From: Gracilinanus agilis
Lineage: Eukaryota
DNA: 64,000 nt
Direction: 5' to 3'
Assembly: GCF_016433145.1 (NCBI RefSeq)
Contig: NC_058133.1
Coordinates: 255,958,801 to 256,022,800 of the forward strand
A model generated the notes under the pieces. It was not told where the DNA came from. It did no database searches and worked only from the letters and a program-made list of their open reading frames with translations. This document shows positions 23,706-37,404 of the stretch, piece by piece. How positions within the stretch are numbered: the stretch's first letter is position 1; each line of letters begins with the position of its first letter. A program made the translations under genes and the position numbers.

Positions 23706-26048
23706 AAAAAGACCAACTCACCTGGCTTCTCCTCACCTTACAAGTTGCTTTTCCTGCCTATGATCATTTATTTCACTTTTCCTGTGGCTTCCCTTTCTTC
23801 CTCAGCTTTACAGAGGACTGTGCAGCTCATGAGGAAAATAACCTTTGATTGATGGTGAAGCAAGCCATCTACCAGGAAAGACTGAGGTAGCATGCTATGG
23901 ATATGGGTTGAAGGAGTGGTTTTCAGATCTGGCCAATAGTTTTCCCCCTTTTTTTTGCTTAACTGTATTTTGTTATAAGGGAGTAGGGAGTCATTGGAAA
24001 GTAACAGTAATGTTAAGGTTTTTTTAATGCATTAATAAAACTTCTTAATGCCGAGTGATGATATGATTCCACCTTTGACCTTTTCAGTAAAGGAAAAGTA
24101 ACAGATGGGGAATTCAACACTGAAGAGGTCTTACAAAGAAAGGGCCTGTCTTTTGTTAACATTGGAGGTTGATCTTGTTTTTTGGGTGAATCATGACAAA
24201 ATTTCCAAGATAGCAGAAAATACAATATGATAACCCTTTCCTCTCAATCCCTTATTCTAGGTGGTTGTAAAGTAATATAGATGGGAAAACCACAAATCCA
24301 ACATGCCATTCCAAAGGCTTTCAGATTGTCTGTTATGTGAATGGACATGGAATATATCCAGGGAGCCTTGGCAAATAAATCATTAAATTGGACCTGAGTG
24401 CATTCTAGGATCAAAGCTATTATCATTCTTATCTAGGGTCACTAAGGAAATGAGATACCTTAGACTAGGGCTTCTGGCTCCAGAGAAATATGGGCCAGTG
24501 CCCTGGGTCTGATAAATTTTTGTCGAAAATCAGTTAGATCTATATCAAATTGCTTATCATCTCAGGAAGGAGATAGGAAAAGAGAATTTGGAATTCAAAA
24601 TTTGAAAAAAAAAAAAAAGAATGTTAAAAATGGTTTTTACATGTAATTGGAGGAAGATTTATTTTAAAAAATAATAATTGGGTTTAAAAAGCTTAAGTGT
24701 CCATTAGTCTAAGAGTAGGTAAATTGTTTTTAAAAATGCTAAAATATATTGTTAGATTATTTTTAGATGGTGTATTCTTTTCTCTCATAAATAAACCATA
24801 AAAAAACACATTCTTGAGGTCTATACTGTATAGAGATGGAGGACAAGTGGGAAATGGCTACTAGAACTGGGCATATACCTAGCAGAGAAAGGAAGAGGAG
24901 AAATTTGGACTTGGGTAATTTCTGAATATAAGGAGCCATTAACTCTTTACCCAGGAAGTTTAAAGAGTTTGGTACTTCAAGTTCAAGTTCAGGGAGATTA
25001 AAAAAATAGTGAAAGGCAAAAACTCTGGTGACTGATGTCAAAGTTCTCTAGAAAAGAACTGGTACCCTGGGAAGCTGACTATGGCCAATTAGGCCTAAGG
25101 CCCAGGGCTGGATCCCTCCCGACCCCCACCATCACACCCACACCCACCTCAGGCTCTATCACCCAACCTCAAGTCAAAACTAAGGCAGACAGAAATAGAT
25201 ATATGAGCAGGGGCCCCCTGCCAAAAGATGGCTTTCTTTCCCTTTCTGGCCTCTTTATGTCAGATAGCCATCAAAGATGAGGGTTTACCTATTGGGCTTT
25301 CAGAAATATTTTAGCAACAAAATTATTTCCTATTTATTGTCAACTTAAAGCATTTAAAATGTTTGACCTCACAGAGGGGACCATGTCCATTCACCCTCTC
25401 ACAGTAACACCTAATCATTTTGTACTTTTTAAGATCTGAAAGTACTTTATTTCTGCACTCAGAGAAAGTTCTAAGAAATGTGCAGGAACTGTGGGAGGAC
25501 AAACTCTTTTTCAATCTTAAAACTTGAGTGACTGAGGATGCAGCATTCTTATTGGTATCTGCCTAGATGGGCTCCTCAGAAGGAATCTAGCCTTCTACTT
25601 GAGTTGATCACCTAGGTAGGACACCTCTCTATCTCTGACCTCATCACAGGGACTAGGGAATGGTTTCCTTCACATGGACACATCCTGTGATAGATCTGTT
25701 AAGGCTTCTCCTGAACATGTTGTCCCTTCTCCACCTAGAAGAGATCTGGGTTTGGAGGTTTACTGTGTACTACACTGAGGAGCCTGGGATTACACCAGAT
25801 ATAACTGGCAGGAACTGTCCCCCTATGTCTGCTCTTTATTAACAAGACAGTAGGAGAAAAAAGGAGCAAAAGAGAAGGGAATAGGGACTTGGTGTATTAG
25901 GCCCTATTTCCAAAGGATTATCATTAACCAGTGCCCCTCAGGGAAGTGGGCTTTGGGTAAAGGTTAGGATGAGACCTCCAACTGCCAGGATAACAATTCG
26001 ATCTCAGCTTTAGTCCAGATGGGAAGGGGGCTAACAAAGCAGGTTATC

Positions 26049-26054
26049 TTTATT
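26049..26054 (-). terminator. candidate GNL1 polyadenylation signal (further candidates at 25835-25840 and ~25333-25338)
   Basis: AATAAA on the minus strand downstream of the stop codon. Which site is used is unknown. Confidence 0.45.
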
Positions 26055-26141
26055 CACAGTTGGGGACACGGAAAGGGGGTACCCCCAGATCAGTCCAAGA
26101 GCAAGGATGTTGGATAGGAAGGAGAAAAAAAGTTTGGAGAT

Positions 26142-29100
26142 TCAGCATTCATCCTCACCCAGTAGGGCAAAGGGGTTTGGCCCTGCCAGGTTTGAAGGCT
26201 GGGCAGGGATAGGGGTGTCTTCATCCCCCTCACCCTCCTCATCAGCATCTCGGTCCTCCTCTCCCTCCTCTTCCCCAGAACTGCTCAGCTCTTCTTCCTC
26301 ATCCTCATCCTCACCAGACAGTCCCACCCTCCCTTGCAACATCACCAGCTCCAAGGTTTCTGGATGAGACTCCCAGGAGGCTAAAGGGAATGGGGAGGAG
26401 ACAAAAAGAGGATGATGAGGGGTTAGAACTGGAGAGAAAAATGTTTGGATTCTTTAAAAGAAGAAAGGCTATGAATAGAAATATGCCTGAAAGGGGACAG
26501 AAGGCAGGAAGGAGGAGAAATTGGGGTGGAGAATAAGGTGCAACATATGAAGTAGACGAGTTTCTGAGGAAAGGAAGACACAGAAAGCCAGATACCTAGG
26601 TCCAATAGAGGAGAGAGGCAAAGATTGTCCATTTAGATGCTGTTGGTGAAGGAAGGCTGAGGATTTGGGTGGGAGGTAAACGGGGAGGAACAGATCCTAG
26701 GAACTGCAAGTCTGTTCCTTTTACCTCGCTGTTCAGTGTAGCCAGGTGGACGAAGACAAAGGCTGAGCCGTCCATCAGCAGCCAGCCGCAGGAGGCTATT
26801 GGCTGCTCTGTACACATCGTTCCTAGCTGCTTTGGCTGTCTTGTAACCACGCTTCTCAGCCCAGGCTACAGGAAAGGTAGAGGGATGGAGAGAGAAGAGG
26901 GTATGATTCAGTTAGTTACCCTGTAGCCTCAGAGGCCTTTCCAAAAGGATAAGCCCAGAACAAAAGAGACAAGTAGAGCACACTCAGAAGAACTAATATG
27001 ATGAAGGGTAATCAAAACCATGCCATATCAGGAACAGTAAAAGGAATTGGGAATATATATACCCCAAATAAGGAATGAGTTAGGGGAGCCGCAAGAGATA
27101 TCTTTGAAAAAACTGAGGAAATATCCTTTGGAAGATGAACTGAGCTTATCTGTATAGCTCTAGAAAGCAGAACACTTAAAACAAAAGGTGGGATATTTAC
27201 AGGGGTATATTCAATATCAGGTCAACAGAATTAAACAATTTAAGCTATCCAGCAATGGAACTGACTGGCTTGTGAGGCAATGATTTGTCACTTGAAATGT
27301 TTGAGCAGACACTAGGAAACCATGTTTCTGTAGAGATGAATTCATACTTCAGCTAAAGGCTGAACTAGATAACCTCTGAGACCTTCTAAATTCTAGGACT
27401 ATTATTTAAATTTTCTCTGAAATATTTAAAGTCAGAGAAGTGGTTGGCTGGGAGACACAAAGATGTCATGATGGAGGAGAAAAAGAGGAATCTTAAAGAA
27501 GGGGGGATAAGATAGGAGAGTGGACATAGAAACTGGCAAGGGGGTGACAGGAAAGAGGAGATAAGGACTGAGACCAATAGTAAGGAAATGGCAGGAAGAG
27601 TATAGGGTTATAGATTTATAGCTAGAAGAGTGCTTACAGGTCAAGTACAATACCTTCATTGAACAGATGATGAAACTGAGTCCAGAAAGATTAAATGATG
27701 TGCCTAGGATCATATAGCTACTAAGTGTGTGAGGTGGGATTTGAACCCATTTTTTTCTAACTCCAAGTATAATGCTCTATCTATTTTATCATGCTGCCTC
27801 TAAGAGTAGGAAGAAGGAAGGAAGGAAGGAAATGGTTACTGAGTGAGTGAAGAAACAATGAAGGGGAACAGGAATAGCATTATAAGGGTAGGCAGCCTAC
27901 AGAACCTACCTTCACAGATGTCCCACGCACACCAGGGGGGCTCATGCCCTGAGTCTTCAGCTTCAGGATGCCTCAGCCGAAGCAGCGCCTGGACAGGTAT
28001 TCGGGAAGCCAGGTATCCCACAGATGTGTAGGGCTCCTGGATCTGAGCAATGGGATAGATCCCAGCCAGGACCTTGGGAAAGACCCAGAGGATTAGTAAG
28101 ACTTGGCATCTTTTTGAACCTAGGCCCCATCTCTCACTCTTCTCAGGGAATTAGGGACCCAGATCCTTTAGTTCCCAGTTCATACCCTTTCTCCTTTAGC
28201 CTTTAACTTCTTCAGTGCCCCAGAAGCAGTTTAGCATACTCCCCTCACAGCACTCTTACCTTCCAATCCCCTTACCTGTAGCTGTCGGGGCAGCAAGGAA
28301 GGAAAGATAAGACCAGGGCAGTCACAGAGCCGAACAGTGGGTGTGAGGAAATATGTCTGAAAGTAACGGGTGTGGCCAGGAGTTCTGGAAACGCTCACTA
28401 CCTTCCGCCCTACAAGCCCATTGATCAAGGATGACTTTCCCACATTAGGAAAACCTGTGGGAAGGAGAGGACCAGTGAGACAATATAGTAGACAATGAGG
28501 AAGATAGAGAAAGGTGAGAGACAACCTGTGAAAGTTCCAAAAGAAATTTAATCAGAGAGAGGAAATTATCAAGTCACAGGTCAATCAGAGATAAAGATGA
28601 AAAAAATCATGCCAAAGACAGGCCGAGCATCTACCATTCCCAACCCACCCACTAAAATATCCAGAGTAACACAACTGTCTGGTCTTCCTTCTCTAAATAA
28701 CTATGGTGCATTCTTTGTCCTTTCTGACCTGAACAATCCCTTGGACCCCAAACCACCAATCCCAATAATTTACCTTGTCTTTTCACAATTTCAGAAAATC
28801 CTAGATGGCACTTTGAAGGTCGCTCACTTAGTTTAACCCTGCTCATTTTACAGATGAGGAAACAGAGTCCTAAAGAGAGGTGACTTAGCTAAGGTCACAG
28901 AACTACCCAATGGGCAAAGCCAGGAATAAAAAAAATGTTCAATGGGGCAGCTAGGTAGCTTAGTTGATTGGGAGCCAGGCCTAGAGATGCAAGTTCCTGG
29001 GTTCAAATCTAGTCTCAGACACTTTTTAGTTGAGTGACCCTGGGGAAGTCACTTAACCCCAACTTCTTAGCTCTTACCACTCTTCTGCCTTAGAACCAAT

Positions 29101-32100
29101 ACACAGTACTGAGTCCAAGATGGAAGGTAAGGGGTTTTGTTTTGTTTTGAAAGTTGATTCTACTCTATAACTGGGTCTAGCAGTTTTGGTCATACCCAGC
29201 ACTGCCCCAAGCAAACTGAAATAGACTCTTAGGGACTAGTAAGCCTTCATATTCTGCTATGAAGTCCCTAAATCCTAAAAATTGCCCCTCCTAACAATAA
29301 TGAAGAACACTGAGTTCCTACTTCCTCACCCACACAGCCAATGGTCACAACTCCATCCTTATATTGCTCCCGGGTTGGGCCAGTTGGTTCCAGAGCTACG
29401 TCTGTTTGCTGCTCCACCAGTACTGCTGAACCCTCTTCATCTTCTTCTTCATCCCCTGAGCCAGCCTCCCGGCTTGCTCCAGCTGCATCCCGGTCCATCT
29501 TTTCTCTCCAGCTGCTTAAATCCACTACCATAAGAGGAGATAGGGAAATTTTCAGATTTCCCAGGGGGAAAAAAAACAAAACAACTGCATTTATTTGCTT
29601 AGCTTTTTTGTCGGGTATAATAAGAAAGGCAGCATAGTATGGTAAACAAAGAAGTGACCTCAGAGTCAGGAAACTCTAGGTTCAGGTCCTGCCTCTGTAA
29701 CCCAAAGCAAACCACTGAACCTCACATTGCACCAGGCAACACTCTAAGACAAAATGATTTAAAGAACAGTTGCAGATCTGCATTGTTAGAGGGAGGCCCT
29801 TCACTAGAAATTCTCTACTAATAAAACCATAGATCCAGTCCAAAAGAAAAAAGAAACCAAAAGGATTTTGCTTGAGGAAAAAAGGTTCCACCTGTCCACA
29901 TATACCCTGGACAATGGAAGATCTGCCTTCAGTTTTGCCCTTGATTCTCCCACAATTGTCCTAATTGAGGGGCTGACTTCTGGTGGGAGGCAAGCGAAGA
30001 ACCCCATCCCTCTTCAGGCCTTCCTTCAAATATACACTCAGACCTTTTCCTGCAGTAATGGTCTCACAAGCCCTCAGCAACTGTTCTGGTCCCAGGGCAC
30101 GAGTCCAGACCCTTCCTTGCTTCCGACGCTTCTTCAAGACTGAGGATAGAAGGAGATAAGTGAAGGGACAATGAAGAGGCCAAATCCTATCCCTTCCTCC
30201 TGTTCTATCCCCATCATCCTTGAACTCTTATTTGCTACCTCCATTCCATAAAGCCTCTAGAACCTTGAATCTCCCAGAAGTCTCCATCTGTTCTCCCCTA
30301 TGTCCTTGTGTTATCCAAATTCGACTCACCAGTCTTTGGGTCCTGTGGGGTTTGGGGGTCTCGAGGGAAAGATGTAAAAAGAACAAGGTGGAGCCGGGGG
30401 TAGTGCAGACGAAAGTGATACTTCCAGGCTATGACGAGAGCTGGGGGAGCCAGGTCTACTTTGTTCAGCACTAGTATCAGTGACAGCCCCAGCTCCCCTG
30501 TCACATACTCATATAAGGCTGGGGGAAAGTTGATGACCTGTTGGGGAAGGGAGGGGAAGATATGAAGAAGTAGGAATGAGAGTAAGTTATCCAGGAACCT
30601 TTAATTCTTCTCTCCTTTAGCTACTAGGAATAGTCCTATAGGCTTCAACTTCTGTATTTGTGAGATAGTAGAGATCCAAATGAGTAAAATAAATCCAATT
30701 AACTCAGAGCAAAAGAATAGCTGAGAGAAGGTGTTCTGGGGAAGGTAAGGCTAGTTTCTCAGAGACATCAAGGAGTAAGAAAAAGGCATCTAGGAATATG
30801 AAAAGGCCAGGTAAACTGGATAAACAGCAGAGGTAGGGTGAAGAGTAGAATAGTTTTTGTTTCTTGTCAAAAGAGAAACCTACAAATAAGTCCCTACTTT
30901 TAAACCAGAAAGAAGTTACAAATGGAGAAGTGCCATTGTTTAATTCGAAGAAGTCTGAAAAATCAAGAGTAGAAGAAAAAGTGTTGGGAAAGTGGGAGAG
31001 GATGTGAACAGAGGGTCCCAAACAGTTACTTCTTAGCTGACCCCTTGAGAAGCACCTAAAGTTTTTCCACTCTCCAAAAACTACAAAAAGCAGTTGGACT
31101 GGCTGGGAAAGGAGCCATTAAGTAGAAAAAGAATAGATTCTTATCTTGTGGAGGTTGAAGAGAGAATCTTTTCCCTTTCTTGCCTCACCTCCCAACTCTT
31201 GCCTTTAATCTCCACCAACCCATTTTCCCATTTGCTTGGCTCTTCTCACTCACTGGATGCCGTATGTCTGTGATGAGGAGGACGATATCAGACATCTCTA
31301 GTACTCGCCACAACTGTCGCCAAGTCTAAGAGAAATTAGATGAGGAAAATCTGAGCCTTGTGCTACTAGTCACATATCAGTAACAACTTGTAACCACAAA
31401 CCAACAAACCCACAAAGGTCCATGTGTCACCTACCCTATTTCCCCTTCTTCTGGGAAAGTCCATTTCCACAAGTGGGTTCATATAATATTCTGCTCTTAT
31501 CTTACCTCCAGGTTGTGTTCAAAGTAGCTGAGCTGCTCAGAGGTGTAGGATCCATGGATCTTCCCCAGATACTCCTGGAAACTCTTTTCCTCTCTGGTCA
31601 TCAACTGTTCCCTGGACATCTCATAATTCCAAGGGGGACGACGGGGAAAATCTAGGTCTAGAAAAGCAAAAAGAAAGAAAAATAGAAATGTGAGGGCTCT
31701 CAGACCCAGATATCTCATGCCACTCTTTCCCACCTCCCATCTAATCCCTTGAGGATTAGACCAAGGGACCTGTATCTCATTCCTTACTTGAGCCTGGGCG
31801 GTAGATGTCCCCAATGTCAAGCTCCAGAGATTTCTCATTAACTGGTTTTAGCACTTGTTCTCGAGCAGCCCTCTTTTTTCGTTCCACCTCTTCCCGGGTC
31901 TCTCTTTCAAAGTGTAACCGGTACCTAGGGAAATGTTGACCCATGGTATTCAACTTAGTATACAGTATCTCCAAACCAGTATTTTCCAGATTCCCCTTAA
32001 AAATCACAAGCATGTTTTCTCTTTAGGGAACCAAGGTTATTAATTTTCTGCTTGCCTACAAAGTCTCCCTTGTTCTGCATGCCCCAACTCACTTTCAGGA

Positions 32101-32918
32101 TAACTGAGGAATCCAAGGACCTTCCTTAATTTTTTTTTTTACTCCAGTACATTTGAACTTTCTATTTCACATCCTTCCTCCTACACACTCCCCTCCATTA
32201 CCCTCAGGGCAAGTGAGTGGAAACCCCAAGTGCTAAGTTTTCTACCCTTACCTATTAGGATCATAGCGATGGCCAGAGCCGTGGTGGGTTGGCTGCTGGT
32301 TGAGCCGACGGATTTGCTGGGTCACAGATTCTCCATCAGAGGTGTCAGTCTGGTCCTCCCTCCGCTCCCGGCTCCCGCTGCGGCTGTTGGAGCTAGAGCG
32401 AAATCCATCCTGCAGCCCTGTGGCCAAGGGACATGACATCACCTGACGCCCAACTCTCATACACAGGCGCAGGCATCTGATTTGTCCAGCTCTCCCCTTC
32501 TAAACCAACTTCTATCCCCTACGGGGACCCAAATATTCTGCCTCTCTTCCCTTTATCTCCACACGCCAGAACTCTCTCAGCGCCTCCCAAGGAGGCAATC
32601 CCACTCCATGCGGGGGCCGTTCTTCTTCCAATTAAAGAAGTCCTCCTTCAGATGTGGATAGCTCTCTGTCCATTCCCTCCTCTTTCTGATGCGGGAGAGA
32701 TCAGTGGTTCTTCCTTCTCCTTTCGAAGAGAAACGGCTGACTCGGCCGGCCACCCTCCACCCCGGCTCCAGATGCAGAGTTCAGCCCTCTTTCCAGATGT
32801 GCGGGAGACTCAGGCCCCGCCCCCTCCTCTCCCTCCCGCACCTACCTCGCTTCCGCTCGCGCTTGTCCTGCAGCTGTTTCTTCTTCTGCTTCACGCTGAA
32901 AGGCTTCTTCCTCGGCAT
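26142..32918 (-). CDS. GNL1: Guanine nucleotide-binding protein-like 1 (circularly permuted GTPase), 606 aa
   Basis: Coding exons (minus): 32846-32918, 32252-32417, 31788-31924, 31506-31657, 31254-31325, 30330-30537, 30044-30139, 29330-29524, 28276-28454, 27910-28072, 26725-26865, 26142-26380. All introns are GT-AG; total 1821 nt, frame-consistent. The protein starts MPRKKPFSVKQKKKQLQ, has G4 NKVD, G1 GFPNVGKS and G3 DCPG, and ends LLGEDEC*, as in mammalian GNL1. Confidence 0.98.
26990..27395 (+). mobile_element. L3/CR1 3' end in GNL1 intron 10
   Basis: CR1-type 3' terminus (CTAGATAACCTCTGAGACCTTCTAAATTCTAGGA). Confidence 0.65.
27630..27800 (-). mobile_element. MIR fragment
   Basis: ACAGATGATGAAACTGAG.. 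is an antisense CORE. Confidence 0.7.
28790..28925 (-). mobile_element. MIR fragment
   Basis: CTCATTTTACAGATGAGGAAACAGAG is an antisense CORE. Confidence 0.7.
28944..29150 (+). mobile_element. SINE-1 in GNL1 intron 8
   Basis: Canonical head, body and tail. Confidence 0.9.
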
Positions 32919-34560
32919 GGCCCGGTCTGGCTCCCGTTGGTCTCCAGCCCTATCGGGGGTCCAGCCGCCGCCGCTTAGCCTCTACCTAAACCCCCCAGGC
33001 TGCCCCTGCCGCTTTGGGCCCGGGACCCTTGGGGGCGGGGCTCTGATATGACGTCACTCAGCGGGTCGGACCAAGTCTCGCCTCCTTAAGAAGTCGGGGG
33101 GGGGAGAGTGCGTTGTGGGTAGGAGAACACAGGGAGGACCACCGGTGTCCTTTGTGGGGAGGCCTCAGCCACTTCCTTCTGCGTAAAGTACAAGCGTGAG
33201 AAGTGAGACCGGGGGAAGTGCAGGGGCGGAGAGACGCGCGACGTGCCAGCCACACACCAGTCCCTCAGGAGTCCTGGGGAGGGATGGGGGCGGTACGGGG
33301 GGTGTGGAAGAGGGAGCCGCGCTGAGGCGCCGACCGACAGTACTGACTTCGTCACGGGCGATACCAATTCCCATTCGGAAGAAGGGGGTGAAGAAACCAT
33401 CCTTACCTTTCGTTCCTGGAGAGAATCTACCCAACTCACCTAGCGGAAGGGCCGGTGGGGTGAGTGGACTCTACCACTTGTGAGGTGAGGAAGAGCATAG
33501 GGTTAAACTAAATTGAACTAGAGGAGGAAGAAGGTTGATCATACCTGAAGGAAAGGGGAGGGGAGGGGGAGGGAGGAAAGGGTAATGAAGGACTAGGTTG
33601 CCCTGGAGATCCCTTCAGGGAAGGTCAGAGGTCATGCTCGGAAGAGCCGCGAGACTGTGCATCTAGTAAAAGTTAAAAAAAAAAAAAACAACTTAGGTGG
33701 AAATAAGCTAATAGAAGTAGAGTTTAAAAGGTTGTAATTGGGGGGCACTGGGGCTTAAATGGGCTAAGGATTCTTTGGGGGGAGGTCAGAGGTCATGAAG
33801 TTGGAAGCGGTGGCGTGGGCCGACTGCGGTTACCGAGGTTACCACGCTCCTTGCCTGCTCCTCCTCCTTTCTCCTCCCCCCCCCGAACGTTCTAGGCCGC
33901 GGTCCTCCCGACTCTATGATATGCTGAGAAGTGCTGTTTTTCTCTCTCTTTTTTTTCTTTAGGTGGGAGGTGTGTATGTGAGAGGGGGAAGGGGGGATAC
34001 TCATATTGGAACACTACAAGGAGGAAAGGCACGCGCCTGCGCACTCGCCGCTTCTGGATGGGTCTGTCGGAAGCGGAAATAACTGGATTCTCTCTCCCTC
34101 CATATACCGCCCCCTTCTCCCGCCGGCCGCGACTCTCCTCGCTGCAATTTCGCTGGCCGTGATGCCCAAGAGGGGGAAGCAGCGGCCACCGGACCCCGAG
34201 GAGAGTGGGGATGAGGAGAGTGGGAGCCCCGCTGGTAAGGGAGAGGTGCATGGACCTGAGGTGGGCCTGGAACAAGGGCACGAGACAAAACTCGCCAAGG
34301 CGTGGAGGGAGAAGGCGAGAACTGAACAAGATTAGTGAGGCCCGAAAGGGAAGGAGCCCACGTTGCGTCTTATTGTAGAGTCGCGCGAGGCAAGGCTAGG
34401 CAAGAAAGACGGTCTCTTTCCCTCTTTTAAGGGGGGGTAGGGAGAGCTAAAAATGTAAGAGCGCACATGCGCCTACTCCCCCACCCCCGTACTATGGCGC
34501 GCCCGGGAAGGGGAGGAAGGGCGGGGGCGGCGGATGCACGTGCTTTGGGGTAATTGAAGA
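32600..34560. promoter_or_regulatory. CpG island / head-to-head GNL1-PRR3 promoter
   Basis: High GC and CpG density. Sites: CRE TGACGTCA 33049-33056, GC box 33032-33040, NRF1-like GCGCCTGCGCA 34033-34043, tandem ETS CGGAAGCGGAAAT 34068-34080. The divergent ATGs are at 32918 (-) and 34162 (+). Confidence 0.88.
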
Positions 34561-37188
34561 GTTGTGAGTGAGTCTAATACCAGGTTCGTAAAGAGTGAAT
34601 GTGCTTGCCTCTGACGTAGACAAATAAAAGTGAATGGACTGGGCTGCGCTAGCCGCCACAACCCTTCCCCCATTGTCTGCCCAGATCAAGTATAAAAGAA
34701 AGTTTCATAGTTCAGAATTATGGGAACGAGAATATCGAGTAATGAGCATTGTAGGAGGAGTTAAGAGGTTCTCATCCCAGTTGTTGACTCTGCCTGCAAA
34801 TTTGGGCAAGTTAATTGGCCACATTTCACCTCCTTATGTAGTGTTCTGTGTGGAGGGTGGACTAAATGACCTCAGGCACTTTACATCTATGTAGATATAA
34901 AATGTATGAGGGGTGAATGCTAATTAGGGAAGAGTTAACCCTCGCCTCTGCTGGCTCACACCCTACCCTTCCTAGAGGGGGGAAAATCTTTTCTTAGGTT
35001 TGCCTCTTGTGTCACTTTGATGCCCCCCTCCCACCTCTTATCTTGTTCGAGGAAATTGTTCAATAACCCTATCAGTTTAAGCACGCTTACCGAAAAGGAC
35101 TTAACTGTCTGCTATTCTAAGGCCCCACTCACAATCCCAGGCACTGTCTAAACCAAAATCTCTTCCCTAGCTCGTACTCCCCCTTGTGTTTTGTATCCCC
35201 AGTGCTGTCACACAAACGGTATTTCATAAATTTTTGTTGATTAATTGATTGCAAGAAGAGATTAATACCGAGTGAGGAAAATACTTTATTTAAATATTTG
35301 AAGTCTCCAATTGCGTTTATTGTCAGTCTTAGAATTGAGTTAGCTTTTCCTTTGATTAATGAGATCTGTGCAGTTTGGTATGTTTGGACAAAAATATAGT
35401 TTTGTGGGGTTTTTTACAAAGTTCAAAATGTCAATTGTTTATTTCCTTTTTAATGACATATTTATTGGATATTTTTATGCAAAAAAAAAATCTCCAGGTT
35501 TAAGTTAATTTTGTCCAAACACACAATTCAGCCTGCCTACCTCTGGTTCCCAGTGACAATAGCGTGAATCAGAGTAACCACTGAGAATAAAGGACAATAA
35601 GAATCCTGGAACTGACACCTTTAACCGGGATGATAAATGTTAGCTCCAACTTAGTTCTCCCATCCCTTTGGCCTCTGGCTTCATAAAGGCGGGTGTTAGC
35701 TTGGAAAAAGGGTCTCCTTCCACTTTCTTATACTTGAGACCTTCAACTTCTGGGTTAGAGGACAATTACAGGTTTATCCATAGGCCTCTATTTGTTCTGT
35801 GGAGGAGCCTTTTTCTCCCATAGTACAGTTTTCCTATTTATTTCCTGGTGGTTTATTTTTCTTGTTATTTTCTAAGATGTCGATAACAGATTATGCTTTT
35901 TTTGATTCTTCTGAAGTATGATATATTTTGCTTTGATCTATCAATATGATATTCTGTACGTATTCATAGAAAGTAAGCACCTGAAGTGCAGACTTTTTCA
36001 TTTAGTCTTTGGTTCCCAAGACAGCACCTTGCCCATAGATAATAGTAGGTCCTTAAGGGCTTGCTGGATTGAAGAGTACTGGGAAAATCAGTCAAGTCTA
36101 GTGCTCCCAAAGGTTTCAGTCATTACTCTATGCTATTGAGTCCTGAGATGAAGAGCAAAAAGAATAGAGAATTCATAGAGGTCCTGAGCTTTTGTGTAAA
36201 CTGGACTTTACTAAGTGTGGTCCCATTTGCTTATCTATCTTTTTCCTGCTCTTAGGTCCACCCAGCCTCTTGGGCCCTCCTCCCATAGCCAATGGAAAGT
36301 TTGGTGGCCCTGATCCAGGTGAGTGAAAAGGGTCTCAAAAGCCATAAGCCTAGATTGATTCAAATGAACACATTAAGTGCCTATTACTGGCAAAGCACTC
36401 TGAAAGTTCCTATATAGGAAATAGCAGGTCTTGGGGGTTGGGGGAGGTATTGGCATGAAATTCAAGAAGGAAAATTATTTCTGACCAACCTGAGTATTTA
36501 GCTGACCAGAAACTATCTTTCTGTTTGTCTCTCTTTAGGCTTCCACAGAAGCCCTCAGGGCTTAAGGGGACCAGTGATTCCACCACTCCTCAGCCTCCCA
36601 CTCCCTTTTTGGGGAGGATGCCCAATGAGAGGGGGCCCAGGACCTAGGCCTCGACCATACCTACATAGCCGTTGGGCCTATGAGGATCCAGAACCTAGGT
36701 GGGGAACAGGCTATGGGGATCATGCCAGGAATGGTCCTCCCAATGGATGGAGAAACCTTGGAGGGGGCAGTAGCCACCATCCGTCTAAGAATATCCCCTG
36801 GCCCAAGAATGACCCTCAACTCAAGGATGGAGTCCAGGAAGGTGATAGAACAGGTTAATATCATCATTCCTCATATTTTATTCCTGCCAGTAGTATATAC
36901 TGTGTCCAGAAGACTATGACTACAAACCCTAGAATGCCCTTCTTCCTTCACTGTGAAGTTACCTCACTATAGCTCTCTTTATGCATATAGCCTTGGGGGA
37001 TTTCTTAATCCTAGAAGACAAGCAATCCCTGGAGTGTTTTCCTCCTAAAATCTTAAGCTGCCTCTCTCCCACTTGCTTCCACAGATAAATCCAATCGCCC
37101 TATCTGCAGACATTTTTCAAAGGGCCACTGCCGCTATGAAGATCTTTGTGCCTTCTACCACCCAGGGGTGAATGGACCTCCATTGTAA
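34162..37188 (+). CDS. PRR3: Proline-rich protein 3 with C-terminal CCCH zinc finger, ~180 aa
   Basis: Exons 34162-34234, 36256-36318, 36539-36841 (or alternative donor at 36853), 37085-37188. All GT-AG and frame-consistent. Contains [15 protein letters not shown] and ends [29 protein letters not shown] (C3H1 finger). Confidence 0.96.
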
Positions 37189-37404
37189 AACTGTGCCTTC
37201 CACGAGTCAGGCTCCAGTGGACCTTTTCTATCCTGGAAGCCCATTACCCTGTTGTTCTTTGTTGGCTTCTCAAAGGTGTTACTGCCCAATGCCTCCAGCC
37301 AAGGAAGGAGCCTGAGCCTGATCCTCTTTCCTCCCTACCTGAGGGTCTAGGAGGATAGGGGGTCGGGGAGAGGGAATGAGGAGAGTGGCAGAAGAGGTTT
37401 TTTA

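Noticed and set aside
31497-31838. 113-aa ORF reading through GNL1 intron 3 into exon 4
   Set aside because: Intron 3 (130 nt) is not a multiple of three and the ORF is out of frame with exon 3; an artefact of an open intron.
32846-32918. GNL1 exon 1 has the same coding length (73 nt, phase 1) as PRR3 exon 1 and also starts MP(R/K)
   Set aside because: No similarity beyond the first three to four residues; treated as coincidence.
32652-34335. Many 90-145-aa overlapping ORFs around the GNL1/PRR3 promoter
   Set aside because: Expected from stop-codon scarcity in a GC-rich CpG island; low-complexity translations with no recognisable domain.
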